Assembly (NCBI RefSeq): GCF_001447785.1
Contig: NW_015171594.1
Coordinates: 84,877-148,876 of the forward strand
From: Gekko japonicus
Lineage: Eukaryota
Direction of reading: 5' to 3'
DNA: 64,000 nucleotides
Part shown: piece by piece, positions 1 through 12,448 of the stretch
Layout: every line of letters starts with the position of its first letter
Position numbering within the stretch: the stretch's first letter is position 1
Notes under the pieces: model-generated
Databases searched by the model: none
Seen by the model: the letters and a program-made list of their open reading frames with translations, nothing else
What the model was told of the DNA's origin: nothing
Program-made: the position numbers and the translations under genes

Positions 1-834
1 AAACTGCATAAAAACGGCAGCTAACAAGTCCATAGATGGAGATGACATCTCTTTTGGCCTCATGTAAGAAAACATGACAGTAAAAACAAACAGAGAAAAC
101 ATTGTCAGGTGAGGGATGCAGGTGGAAAAAGCTTTATACTTCCCTTGGCCTGACTGGATTTTGAACACAGCAGAGAAGATGTAGCTGTAAGAAACCAAAA
201 TGAACACAGAACAAACTGACCCTATAGTAAGAACACAGACAAAATTGAACATCTCATTGAACTTGGTATCTGTGCAAGATATCCTAAACAACTGACGGAT
301 ATCACAGAAATATTGTTCAACAAGATTGGATGAGCAGAACTGTAGCCTAAAGGTGTTTAATGTTGTTATTGTCCCATTAATTAAACTGAAGACCAACGCA
401 GCAGCTGCCATTTCAAAACAGGCATTCCAGTTCATGATCAGCGTGTACTGGAGAGGATGGCAGATTGCTACATAGCGGTCATAAGCCATGACAGCAAGCA
501 GGGAAATTTCTGCAGTAGCACATGCAACAACCAGGTAAACTTGGCTGACACATCCTGCAAAAGAAATCCGATTGTCATTTATCAATGAAATGACCATGGA
601 TTTGGGAACGGTGGCAGAGATGAAGCAGGCATCTACTGATGACAAAACAGCCAGGAAAAAGTACATGGGAGTGTGAAGGTGAGGAATCAGGGCCACGGAC
701 ACAATGATGAGAAAATTTCCCATCAGAGTTGCCAAGTAGAGAGAGAGAAACACCATGAAATGTAAAATCTGTAGCTTTCGCATATCAGAGAATCTTAGAA
801 GGAGGAATTCGGTCACAACTGTTTGGTTTACCAT
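1..834 (-). CDS. Olfactory receptor (family 14-like), tandem copy A; 3' end runs off the window
   Basis: ATG at 834-832. Reverse complement reads MVNQTVVTEF...LHTPMYFFL...MAYDRYVAICHPLQY...KAFSTCIPHL, open to base 1 (278 codons). A pyrimidine-rich splice acceptor (ttcctttctctccacag) lies 19 nt upstream of the ATG. Confidence 0.93.
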   Translation of the reverse strand, partial: MVNQTVVTEFLLLRFSDMRKLQILHFMVFLSLYLATLMGNFLIIVSVALIPHLHTPMYFFLAVLSSVDACFISATVPKSMVISLINDNRISFAGCVSQVYLVVACATAEISLLAVMAYDRYVAICHPLQYTLIMNWNACFEMAAAALVFSLINGTITTLNTFRLQFCSSNLVEQYFCDIRQLFRISCTDTKFNEMFNFVCVLTIGSVCSVFILVSYSYIFSAVFKIQSGQGKYKAFSTCIPHLTMFSLFVFTVMFSYMRPKEMSSPSMDLLAAVFMQF

Positions 835-1880
835 TTGTATGGTTGGAGAAATTCTGTGGAGAGAAAGGAATTAAGAATGTTTACAAATTTCTCTCTCCCT
901 CCCTCCCTCCGTCCCTTTCTTGTTTCCATGGCAAATCTATTGAGAGCAGCCTTATAGCTTCATTATCACATGTCTTTTCCTAGTGTCCAAAATATGCTTC
1001 AGCCCAGGGGAAATTTCTTGTAAAGTGACTTTTAAAATATTTCAACACTTCAGATGTTCATAAATTAATAATTTTTTTAAAGTAAACTTGCACAATTCAA
1101 GTAGCTAAATTCAGCTTTGTGGTTATTTCCAGTTCCTAAATGCTCCTTGGTGTGTAGCCTATGGCTATTAAGTCTGAATAAAGTGTATTTGTCAAAGGTA
1201 TATGCAAGGTGAGAAGGGAAGAAGTCCAGTTGCAGATATCCAACGAACATGTGCTTGTAAGCCTTCTGGCCTGTTCCAGCTTCCTCAGCATGGATTCGCG
1301 TATGTAAGGATATAATATGACATCCTTTTTTCATAGGTCGAGATACACCAGATCTAGCCTTGAACAGCTAGCATGTTGTTCCCAGTATTTGGTACTTAAA
1401 GGGAATGTGGGTCAGGGACGTTAGGAGAGAGATGGGGAGCTGATGGACTTTTCCCCAGCCATCACTATCCCCTTTCCAGCATGGCTCCCAGTCACTTTTC
1501 CTCCAACCAAGAGATCAAAAAGGAAGGACTGCCCTCCCACTCATCAGGTTCTTTCCTGAAAATGTGATAGACAGATCCTGATGTGCTAGACAGAAAAGAT
1601 GGTGGGGAACTGGGAGATGATGGGACATATTTGTATAGAGGAGATCGCCTCGTCTCTTCTCTTTTTAGAGTTTCAAGAGTCTGTTCTCCAAAGCTGTACA
1701 TTTGTAGTAATAGAGACCCAGAGGGGAAAATTAAAGCAGCTCCTGAACAAGATGCCTACACCCACAAGGGAGATTGTGATGCCTTGGACCCTCCAAGGAT
1801 ACTTTCCATTTTTTCTCAGAACACTGTAAGCTGGTGCTGAGACCCGGCCAAGCAATGGGCTACAACAAACAGATCTCAGC

Positions 1881-2083
1881 CAGTGTTCCCTCTAAGCTGA
1901 GCTAGTGTGAGTTAGCTCACAGTTTTTTAGCCTCTGGCTCACACATTTTTGTCTTAGCTCAGGGATGGCTCCAGAGGAAACTAATTAATGCAGTAGCCAA
2001 ATCGCTTGCTCACAACTTTAATGCCAGTAGCTCACAAAGTGGAATTTTTGCTCACAAGACTCCACAGCTTAGAGGGAGTGCTG
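1881..2083. mobile_element. Non-autonomous hAT-type MITE (about 200-bp family)
   Basis: TIRs cagtgttccctctaagctg / cagcttagagggagtgctg. 8-bp TSD atctcagc / gtctcagc. Empty site in copy C near 19285. Confidence 0.9.
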
Positions 2084-2554
2084 GTCTCAGCAGATGTGAA
2101 GATAATCTCTCCCTCACCACCACCCCACTCTTCAAATGTGCCAGTGTTTCTGAGTTCCTTCTTTCAGGACATTCTTGGGGAAGGGACTCTCAGGGCAACT
2201 TATATTGATAATGCCAGGCACCTTGGCAATCGGCTTGCTATTTGGGGGCAGAAGATCTACTGTCTCCAGCTCCAGTTGCCCACTGATACTCTAACGGATG
2301 GCAGAAAGGGGAAAATGGAAAATAACTGGTGAGAGATGGTGTTATGTCACTTCCAGGGAAAACATGAAAATGACACCATGCCTCTTTAAGAATTGTTAGA
2401 TATTCTATGGTAAAACCATAAAGGGCTCAACAATATACAAGGATACTGTCCTTCAATACCAATTAAAATAGCCACCAAATACATATTGTACACATCATTC
2501 CACCAATGGCTAAATGTCAAACTCGGACCTGGGAGACCTGAATTCAAATCCCTG

Positions 2555-3540
2555 TGTTATGTCCTGGACCCGATATCTACTGACCTCAGGATCTCAGCTG
2601 AGAATTCACATCTTAGGGACTGGATATACGAGGCTGATGCAGTGATCAATCATTCTCTGATTCTGAAATCTAAAGTGGCTCCCTGGTATAAATATTGCAA
2701 ATTTGACCACCGTAGGTTGAGTTACCTAGTTAATAGCTCCAAATGTAACCTCAGACTGTCCTTTACAGTTTTGCGATTCCAAACTATGAAAACAGCCCTT
2801 TTGGCCGCCCATTATTCACATACTCCAAAAGAGCAATGCCTCTGCATTTGTGGTCTGCCAGAGGTGGAGAACCATCCCCACTACATGCTCCATTGTCTGC
2901 TTTATAGCACTCCAAGAGAGAAATTTTTAGCAGGATTTCTATCGGTTATGCAAACATACCAAAAAACCGAGAAGATTGCGTTCCTGCTGTCAGATAATGA
3001 TGTTTATCTATCCCTTAGAGTTTCCCTGTTTGCTTTAGCAGCATCTAAGATTAGATCTAAGGGGCAGGCTACTTGATGGTGATTAAAACTGTTTTATTCT
3101 TCTTTTATTATATTTATTTATATTTATGGACTAGTTGTTAATCTTAACCTGGACTAGTTGGACTAGTTGGACTAATTATGGACTAGTTGTTAATCTTAAC
3201 CTGATCAATAAGATTGTATTTTAACGTTTTAGCATTTTATGAATGTTCTGCTGTATTCTGTATTTCGTAACGGCCAATGGCTAAGTAAAATAAATTACTT
3301 GACTAATACTAACCCAGCTTGGGAACACAGAACAATAGACTGCTAGGATCCTGGTAGGAACCTATCGAGCCAGAACACCTCTGTAAATATCCTATCACGG
3401 GTAGTGGGTGTCTGTGGGATGTGGTGTTGGGCACAGATTTAAGTAGGGCTTCAGTCCTACTTAAGTTGTCGTTAGTTTGAGCTGATTCACAATAAAGCAT
3501 GAACTGATCACTAATCACATGTCAAACCCAGTACATTTTA
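2555..3540 (+). mobile_element. Copy-A-specific nested insertion: probable solo LTR interrupted by a LINE 3' fragment
   Basis: Absent from copies B (about 9515) and C. Flanked by ccctg (2550-2554 / 3541-3545). Starts TGT. The distal part has AATAAA near 3490. Confidence 0.6.
2582..3310 (+). mobile_element. 3' fragment of a non-LTR retrotransposon (RTE-X-like C-terminal cysteine/histidine motif)
   Basis: ORF 2486-3076 contains CLCICG..EVE..H..LHC.LY...R.KFL, followed by an AT-rich 3' UTR. The boundaries are approximate. Confidence 0.65.
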
Positions 3541-5305
3541 CCCTGTTTTCAATGGAATATACCAGCTGACCTTATAACAATCATTCACTTTAAGCCTAAC
3601 CTAACAGAGTTCTTGGGAAGACCAAATGGAGGAGGGAAGAACTGTGTAATCTGTTCTGAGCTCCTTGAAGGAAGTTTTGGATAAAAATAATCCAAACAAA
3701 TGAATGAATCAAAGTTTTGTTGTAAGGACTATCATGACATTTCTCCAATCACAATTGCTACTCATATGTGGAGTTTCTGCATTATGTGAATATCTGTGCA
3801 GAGAACACTAACTGAGATACCATTTAAAAAAACAACAACAACTCTAGACTAAGAACATCAGTGACCAGTTCACTCCATTTTTCAGTTCATGTTTTATCAT
3901 CCTATGATGACCTAGCCCACTTCCCTGCCTCAGATGCAGGATTTCCCCTCTGTTTTTCTTTCACTTTCTGACTGAGCAGCTCTTGTTATCTATTTCCTTC
4001 CTTTCTGAAGATCTTTGGCTGTCCCACCCTGTCACAGTATGATATTTTGATGCTGGCTCAGCCCAGAAACCTGAGGGAAGAGACAAGATGACCCTTTTAA
4101 CTTAAACTTGGAAAATGGCACTCAAGAGGCACTGTCACTTTCCCTCCCTCCTAGGAGATACCCAAATCCATACTGGGTATTGGTTGCTGCCACCAGCAAA
4201 TCAGAGAGTATCTCCCTCAGGATATATTTGTACATCAAGCACTCTATTCCTAGGTTGCTTTGAGAGGCTCTGTCTAGTTGCCATGTCTCCTACTTCACTC
4301 CTACAAGCTACAATGGGGATGGTGTATCACACTTTTGAGCTGTTGTGCTCAAGGGATGGTGAACTTACCCATTGCTCTTCCCTGTTAGCAGTCTTGACAG
4401 CAGGACCAAATGGATATGGGATGCTGACAGAGTTCAGGCTTCGGACATTCAAACTACAAGAAAGTTTAATTTTTAAAAAGTATACATGGGGTGATCAAGC
4501 ATCAAGTTGGGCAAGTATGCAAAGAAGAGTTGAAAACATGACCTTTCAATCTGTCCTTGGTACTTATCCTATACAATTTTAATTAGGACAAGGTAGTATT
4601 TCTTGAAGTTTCAGTAGATAAAAGTCTATCATTACCTTAGTTCTCAGAGCATGGACTTCTCCCCATTGTTCCGCATCAAATGTGCAAAATGAAGTCCATA
4701 GATAAAGATTTACTCCATGGCTTATGCCCATCCACAAAGAAGAGCAAGATACAAGAGAGCTTCTTTCCCGTATCCTGGGAATTTATAATCTCTCCTTGGG
4801 AGCCCACCCCTCCCCTTGTGGTCATTCCAATTTTCTTGCCTCAAGAGGAAGAGAAAACTAACCATTTGGCTGTCTGTGACTTTGTCCCGGAGATGTGACA
4901 TTCTAGCGAGGTGTGAGATATCAAACCCTTTGTTTTTCTCAGTCTTCTATTTACATAACTACAAACATGCATGCTCTCTGCTTAGGGAAGGGATACATTA
5001 TTCCTGGCACTTGTCCTCTCTGTCAGCTACAGATTTGCAGAGGGGCACCAGAATATAGTGTGACCAATGTTTGAATTATTGGGGTAAATTCAAGGGTGGC
5101 CAATTTTTGTTGGGTCAAAGGTCAGCTATTCTATCCTCCTGCCTTAGATACTTCGCAAAGTTAATTTCACAGAGGAAAGCAATCTTTTTCTTTCACTGAT
5201 ACTTTTTTCCCCATTCCAAGAAATAAACCCTTCCAAAGCAAAATACTACCTCAAGAATTCCACGGAATATGAAAAGAAAGAAGAGATGGAGGAGGAGGCT
5301 GGGGG

Positions 5306-6397
5306 CAGGTACGACTCTATCACTAGGCCAGCTAGTGTCTGGCCTAGGGCGTAAGCCTATCCAGGGTGCCAACTGCCCTGCCGCCGCCCGCCCCACAAAA
5401 GCCCCCACCATCCTGCCCAAAGCCACTGCTGCCTGCCTGCTAGTCTAGCTGAACTCGCTGGCGGTGCACATGCTGCTCAATGGTGCGCCCGTCCTGCCCA
5501 CCCCACATTACTCATGCACAGCGCACCCATTGGTCTGCTGGCTGCTGCACCTGCGCCCATCGCTTATTCGCCCCTGCCGCCCTCTGAGCCAGCCAGCATG
5601 ATTTCCACCACACTCGCCGCCAGCAGCAGCCCCAGCCAGCCCAGCTCGCTGTGGCGTCTGGTGAGCAAAAATCCTACTTTGTGAGCTGCTGGCATTAAGG
5701 GAGCGAGGGTCTCTGCGGGGAGGGGGGGGTCTGCACCACTGTTTGCTGGTCTGATCCAGCAGGGCTCTTCTAATCTTAAAATTGTCTAAGGAGAGTAAAA
5801 GAGTCCAAGGCAGTAACTTCACACTTTCTTAACCCAGCAGGAGAGGGAGTGGGAAGGCAGTGCCCGCTCCTGCCTGCCTGCCTGCCCTTCCACCTCCTCC
5901 TCCTGCAGGCCAGGCCCAGGGCAGCAGGTGCTCTCTCCGGGCCCCGGCGGCGGGGCTCCCCGTGCTCCCTCCTCTCCACCAGTTCGGCTTCCCAGGGGGA
6001 GGCCCGACGCGGAGCTCGTCTCATACCCCGCCAGGCCAGGGAAGGTGCCCATGAAGGAAGCCGGCCGGCCTGCCTGCGGTCGGTGATGGGGGGGCACGAC
6101 CGGGTGCTTCTCCAGGCTGCCGTGGAGGGGGGAGTAGGGAGCGCACATGGAGGTGACCGGCCGGGCTGGGGGGGTGGCGTGCGCTCCATCCTGCCGGCCC
6201 ATCCTCCCTCTTCCTCCTGCGGGCCAGGGCTAGGGCAGCAGGCGCTCTCTCCGGGCCCCAGCACGTGGCATCACTCGGTTCCCCCCCCCAGGCAGCCAGC
6301 TGGGAGGTCTGCAAGCCCCACCGGGAGGTTGGCATCTGAGGGGGGGCGCCACGAGGCGACCTCGCCTAGGGCACAAAAACCCCTTGGGCCGGCCCTG
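5306..6397. mobile_element. GC-rich non-autonomous hAT (Tip100-like) element
   Basis: Right end is ggccggccctg and left end is a degenerate caggtacgactc. Flanks gctggggg / agtggggg are a degenerate 8-bp TSD. Empty site in copy B near 12372. Confidence 0.75.
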
Positions 6398-7051
6398 AGT
6401 GGGGGTAGATTGTGCAGTACACAGAATGCTGTGTCATTATGGAATAATTTATGCAATATATATTGGCATAATGAATAAAAGCATGTCCTTAGCAGAAGCT
6501 TCTCCAATGCCACTAAATCTCACTTGGGCTTTGCCCAAGCTGCACAATCTGACTTGGTTAGCCATTACTATCATGGAAACGGATGGAGACTGCAAAGCAG
6601 ACAGAGAGAGGTAGAAGGCTGGCTGGCCCCAGCCAAGACTGACTACAGCAGTAACCACCATTTTGTTTCAGCCAATCTGTAGCTGTTACTCAGTACCTAG
6701 AAGGGGGGGTGGGCAAACAAATAAAGAACTGGAGGTCTGTATTCAGTTATCAAAACAAATCATACTTAGTACAAATGCTTATCTACAAGCAATGTGGTAA
6801 AAAGCAATATTCAAATGTTTTAATACAGTCATTTAAAAAATAAATGAAAGAAAATATGGTGTTTTTTAGGATAGCAAAACTAGAGATTCATTGTAGGTGA
6901 TGCACCATGTAAAGAGAGCATAGGTGCCAAGCTGGATGACGTTCTCCACCGATCAAAGGCAGATAAGCACCATAAGCAAAGTCTCAGTGTGACTGAGGCA
7001 AAGTCTGGTTGTCACTTCAATACTGCATCTTTTGAGAGATGCTCTTTGAGA

Positions 7052-7869
7052 TCACCACTGTGTTACATTCACACCTGTTCTCTTCCTCAGAGCCACTTGG
7101 ATGTCTTTGTTTCTCAAGGTATAAATAATGGGATTCATAAGTGGTGGCAAAACTGTGTACAAAACGGCAGCTAACAAGTCCACAGATGGAGATGACATCT
7201 CTTTTGGCCTCATGTAAGAAAACATGACAGTAAAAACAAACAGAGAAAACATTGTCAGGTGAGGGATGCAGGTGGAAAAAGCTTTATACTTCCCTTGGCC
7301 TGACTGGATTTTGAACACAGCAGAGAAGATGTAGCTGTAAGAAACCAAAATGAACACAGAAAAAACTGACCCTATAGTAAGAATACATAGATAGTTGAAG
7401 ATCTCATTGAACTTGGTATCTGTGCAAGATATCCTAAACAACTGACGGATATCACAGAAATATTGTTCAACAAGATTGGATGAGCAGAACTGTAGCCTAA
7501 AGGTGTTTAATGTTGTTATTGTCCCATTAATTAAACTGAAGACCAACGCAGCAGCTGCCATTTCAAAACAGGCATTCCAGTTCATGATCAGCGTGTACTG
7601 GAGAGGATGGCAGATTGCTACATAGCGGTCGTAAGCCATGACAGCAAGCAGGGAAATTTCTGCAGTTGCACATGCAACAACCACGTAAACTTGGCTGACA
7701 CATCCTGCAAAAGAAATCCGATTGTCATTTATCAATGAAATGACCATGGATTTGGGAACGGTGGCAGAGATGAAGCAGGCATCTACTGATGACAAAACAG
7801 CCAGGAAAAAGTACATGGGAGTGTGAAGGTGAGGAACATGGGCCACGGCACAACTGTTTGGTTTACCAT
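7052..7869 (-). pseudogene. Olfactory receptor pseudogene, tandem copy B (115-bp frameshifting deletion removing TM1)
   Basis: Native ATG at 7869. Sequence equivalent to 699-813 of copy A is missing. Length 818 = 933 - 115. The remainder is open to the TGA at 7052. Confidence 0.93.
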
Positions 7870-10283
7870 TTGTATGGTTGGAGAAATTCTGTGGAGAGAA
7901 AGGAATTAAGAAAGTTTACAAATTTCTCCCTCCCTCCCTCCCTCCCTCTTTTTTCCATGACAAATCTATTGAGAGCAGCCTTATAGAAACGTACTAAAAA
8001 GTCAAAATTCACATTTGCAAAATGGTTTCCAAAATGAGGCAGTCACTTTAGACCCCCCCCCCCCCAGAACAGTGCTTTTGCAATGGTCTCTTGCTGGTGG
8101 TAGCTTCATTATCACATGTCTTTTCCTAGTGTCCAAAATATGCTTCAGCCCAGGGGAAATTTCTTGTAAAGTGACTTTTAAAATATTTCAACACTTCAGA
8201 TGTTCATAAATTAATAATTTTTTTAAAGTAAACTTGCACAATTCAAGTAGCTAAATTCAGCTTTGTGGTTATTTCCAGTTCCTAAATGCTCCTTGGTGTG
8301 TAGCCTATGGCTATTAAGTCTGAATAAAGTGAATTTGTCAAAGGTATATGCAAGGTGAGAAGGGAAGAAGTCCAGTTGCAGATATCCAACGAACATGTGC
8401 TTGTAAGCCTTCTGGCCTGTTCCAGCTTCCTCAGCATGGATTCGCGTATGTAAGGATATAATATGACATCCTTTTTTCATAGGTCGAGATACACCAGATC
8501 TAGCCTTGAACAGCTAGCATGTTGTTCCCAGTATTTGGTACTTAAAGGGAATGTGGGTCAGGGACGTTAGGAGAGAGATGGGGAGCTGATGGACCTTTTC
8601 CCAGCCATCACTATCCCCTTCCCAGCATGGCTCCCAGTCACTTTTCCTCTTCTTGTCCTCCAACCAAGTGACCAAGAAGGAAGGACTGCCCTCCCACTCA
8701 TCGGTTCTTTCCTGAAAATGTGATTCACAGATCCTGATGTGCTAGACAGAAATAAAACACCCAACTGACCAGATACACCTCACAAAGCAATATAAGATTA
8801 CTGACCTCGTTGCTTCTTTTCAGAGTTGCTGGACTTGAGTGTAAAAAGATGGCGGGGAACTGGGAGAAGATGGGATGTAATTGTATAGAGAAGATCGCCT
8901 CATCTCTTCTCTTGTTAGAGTTTCAAGGTTCTGTTCTCCAAAGCTGTACATTTGTAGTAATAGAGACCCAGGGGGAAAAATTAAAGCAGCTCCTGAACAA
9001 GATGCCTACACACACAAGGGAGATTGTGATGCCCTGGTCCCTCCAAGGAGTGAAGATAATCTCTCCCTCACCACCACCCCACTCTTCAAATGTGCCAGTG
9101 TCTCTGAGCTCCTTCTTTCAGGACATTCTTGGGGAAGGGAATCACAGAGCAACTTATATTGATAATGCCAGGCACCTTGGCAATCAGGCTTGCTATTTTA
9201 CCTCTGGGGGCAGGAGATCTGTTGCCTCCAGCTCCAGTTGCCCACCAATACTCTAACGGATGGCAGAAGGGGGGGGAAACGGAAAATAACTGGTGAGAGA
9301 TGGTGTTATGTCACTTCCAGGGAAAACATGAAAATGACACCATGCCTCTTTAAGAACTGTTAGAAATTCTATGGTAAAACCATAAAGGGCTCAACAATAT
9401 ACTAGGAGATCGTCCTTCAATACCAATTAAAATAGCTACCAAATACATATTGTACACATCATTCCACCAATGGCTAAATGTCAAACTAGCACCTGGGGGA
9501 CCTGAATTCAAATCCCTGTTTTCAATTAAATATACTAGCTGACCTTATACCAATCATTCACTTTAAACCTAACCTAACAGAGTTCTTGTGTAGATCAAAT
9601 GGAGGAGGGGAGAACTGTGTAATCTGTTCTGAGCTCCTTGAAAGAAGATTTGAATAAAAATAATCCAAACGAATGAATGAATCAATGTTTTGTTCTAAGG
9701 ATGATCATGACATTTCCCCAACCAAAATTGCCACTCAGATATGGAGTTTCTGCATTATGTGAATATCCGTGCAGAGAGCACTAACTGAAATACCATTTTT
9801 AATAGAAAACTAGACCATTTCACTCCATTTTTCAGTTCATGTTTTTTTCAGTTCATGACGACCTAGCCCACTTCCCAGCCTCAGACGTAGGATTTTCCCT
9901 CCATTTTTCTTTTACTTTCTGGCTGAGCAGCCCTTGATATCTATTTCCTTCTTTTCTGTAGAACTTTGGCTGTCCCACCCTGTCACAGTATGATATTTTG
10001 CTGCTGGCTCAGCCCAGGAACTTGAGGGAAGGAACAAGATCACCCTTTTAACTTAAACCTGGAAAATGGCACTCAAGAGGCACTGTCACTTTCCTTCCCT
10101 CCTAGGAGATACCCGAATCCAAACTGGGTATTGGGTGCTGCCAGCAGCATATCAGAGAGTATCTAACTCAGGACAGATTTGTACATCAATCACTCTATTC
10201 CTATGTTGTTTTGAGAGGCTCTGCCTACTCGCCATATCTCCTACTTCACTCCTACAAGCTAGCATGGGGATGATGTATTACAC

Positions 10284-11090
10284 TTGCCCCCCCCCCCCCC
10301 GAGTCAGAATAATGAGACAGACACGAATAACTTGGATAAAACTATGGGCCACTTTATTTAACATTTAATCAGTAAGTGGAAAGGGCTATGCCAATTGCGG
10401 CTCATACAAGGCCAGGGGTCTCCACAGACCCCTTCCTTGTAATGCTACTGGCGAGCCACCCTGCCCCCGGCAGGAGCCAACTTGAAGTGGCTCAACCCAG
10501 GCCAGCACAGCAAATGGGCAACCACCCGTAAGGTCAGTCCACAAGCCATATAACCTAATGGCCAAACCTTCTAGGCAGACCCCATAACAGCAGTCTGTAT
10601 TCCTCCATCACAGATCACCCAACCCAAAGGTAGCTCATGCCAGACCCCAAACCCCCAAACTGGGTGCTATCTGGTGCCCTCCTAGCGACAAAATCATCAT
10701 TCATAAAAACCTTCCTGCCAATCTAAAGTGACCAACCCGCTAACCACGGCACCTCCCTTAACCATTTCCACAATCCATTGTGATACTGTGCAGGGAAGAC
10801 AAAAAAATCACCCCAGCCCGCTAGCCAATTGACTGGGGTCAAAAATTCCTCCCCGGCCCCCACCCCACACAAAACTTGGGCGTAAGGCAACCAGCAAGCG
10901 CTAAACAATGACCAGTGTGAGAGGGAGGGCCGATCACCAACAGACAACATTTTGCATGTGGGGAGAGCTAGCATTTAAATGGCCAGCTCTTCCCCCTTTT
11001 GGAGCATGCGCTGCCTCTCTCCTCTGAGGAGGCAAACCTGGCCCTCCTATCACACAGCCGGATGGCTGGTCGGCAGGATGGGGCCGAATT
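10284..11090 (-). mobile_element. Copy-B-specific insertion of about 800 bp, probable solo LTR
   Basis: Absent at the homologous site near 4333. Minus-strand AATAAA near 10355 and a TATA-like tttaaat near 10975. Termini and TSD are not clean. Confidence 0.5.
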
Positions 11091-11867
11091 TTGAGCTATC
11101 ATGCTCAAGGGATGGTGAGCTTTCCCAATGCTCTTCCCTGTTAGCAATCTTGACAGCAAGACCAAATAGATATGGGACGCTTACATAAATCAGGCTTTGG
11201 ACATTCAAACTACAAGAAAGTTTAATTTAAACAAAGAGTACGCATGGAGTGATCAAGCATCCTCGGGGCTAGAACGAGTCACACCACTCTCTATTAACAG
11301 ACACTATGGGGTGATCATGCATCAAGTTGAGCAAGTATGCAAAGAAGAGTGAAAACATGTCCTTTCAATCTGTCCTTCGTAATCCTATAAAATTTTAATT
11401 AGGACAAGGTAGTACTTCTTGAAGTTTCAGTAGATAAAAGTCCATCATTACCTTAGTTCTCAGACTTCTCCCCATTGTTCCGCATCATATATGCAATATG
11501 AAGTTTCTAGATAAAGATTTAGTTCATGGCTTATGCCCATCTACAAAGAAGAGCAAGATACAAGAGAGCTTCTGTCCCGTATCCTGGGAATTTAAAATCT
11601 CTCCTTGGGAGCCCACCCCTTCCCTTGTGGTCATTCCAATTTTCCTGCCTCAGGAGGAAGAGGAAACTAACCATTGACTTTGTCCTCTGAGATGTGACAT
11701 TCTAGCGAGGTGTGAGATGTCAAACCCATTGTTTCTACAAACGTGCATGCTCTCTGCTTAGGGAAGGGATACATTATTCCTGTCACTTGTCCTCTCCATC
11801 AACTACAGATTTGCAGAGGGGCACCAGAATATAGTGTGACCAATGGTTGGGGTGAATTCTAGGGTGG

Positions 11868-12178
11868 AGAGAATTTCTCTTTTTTGTTGTTCAGTCGCAC
11901 AGTCGAGTCCAACTCTTCGCGACCCCATGGACCATCTCCCGCCAGGCCCTCCTGTCTTCCGCCGTCCTCTGAAGTTTGCTCAATTTCATATTCGTTGCAT
12001 CTATGACACTGTCTAACCATCTCATCCTTTGCCATCCCCGTCTTCTTTGACCTTCAATCTTTCCCAGCATCAGGGTCTTCTCCAGTGAGTGCTCCCTTCT
12101 CATTTGGTGGCCAAAGTATTTGAGCTTCAGTTTCATTATCTGGCCTTCCAGGGAACAGTCAGGGTTGATTTCTTTAGG
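11868..12178 (-). mobile_element. RTE-BovB LINE 3' fragment
   Basis: KLKLKYFGH.MRR..SLEKTLMLGKIEG.RRRG.QRMRWLD matches the BovB ORF C-terminus. CAA-type tail. Absent in copy A near 5099. Confidence 0.9.
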
Positions 12179-12448
12179 GCCACTTTTTGTTGGGTCAAAG
12201 GTCAGCTATTCTAAACTCCTGCCTTAGATATTTCACAATGTTAAGTTCACAGAGGAAAGCAATCTTTTTCTTTCACTGATATTTTTCCCCTCCAAGAAAT
12301 AAACACTTCCAAACCAAGTACTACCTCAAGAATTCCATGGAATATGAAAAGAAAGATGAGATGGGGGGGAGGTTGGGAGTAGATTGTGCAGTACACAGAA
12401 TACTGTGTCATTATGGAATAATTTATGCAATGTGTGTTGGCACAATGA

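Noticed and set aside
1077-1334. 85-aa ORF repeated at 8223-8480 and partly at 18213-18449
   Set aside because: The recurrence is explained by the tandem duplication. The frame differs in copy C, there is no recognisable domain, and it lies in OR upstream non-coding DNA.
3127-3205. Short ggactagtt repeats resembling a CRISPR-like array
   Set aside because: Slippage repeats in a LINE 3' UTR, with no unique spacers, in a eukaryotic context.
5508-6513. Many overlapping long ORFs
   Set aside because: A by-product of high GC content in a non-autonomous DNA transposon; no transposase motifs are seen.
7052-7846. 264-aa ORF as a functional OR
   Set aside because: It starts at GTG, lacks the N-terminus and TM1, and the true ATG is out of frame.
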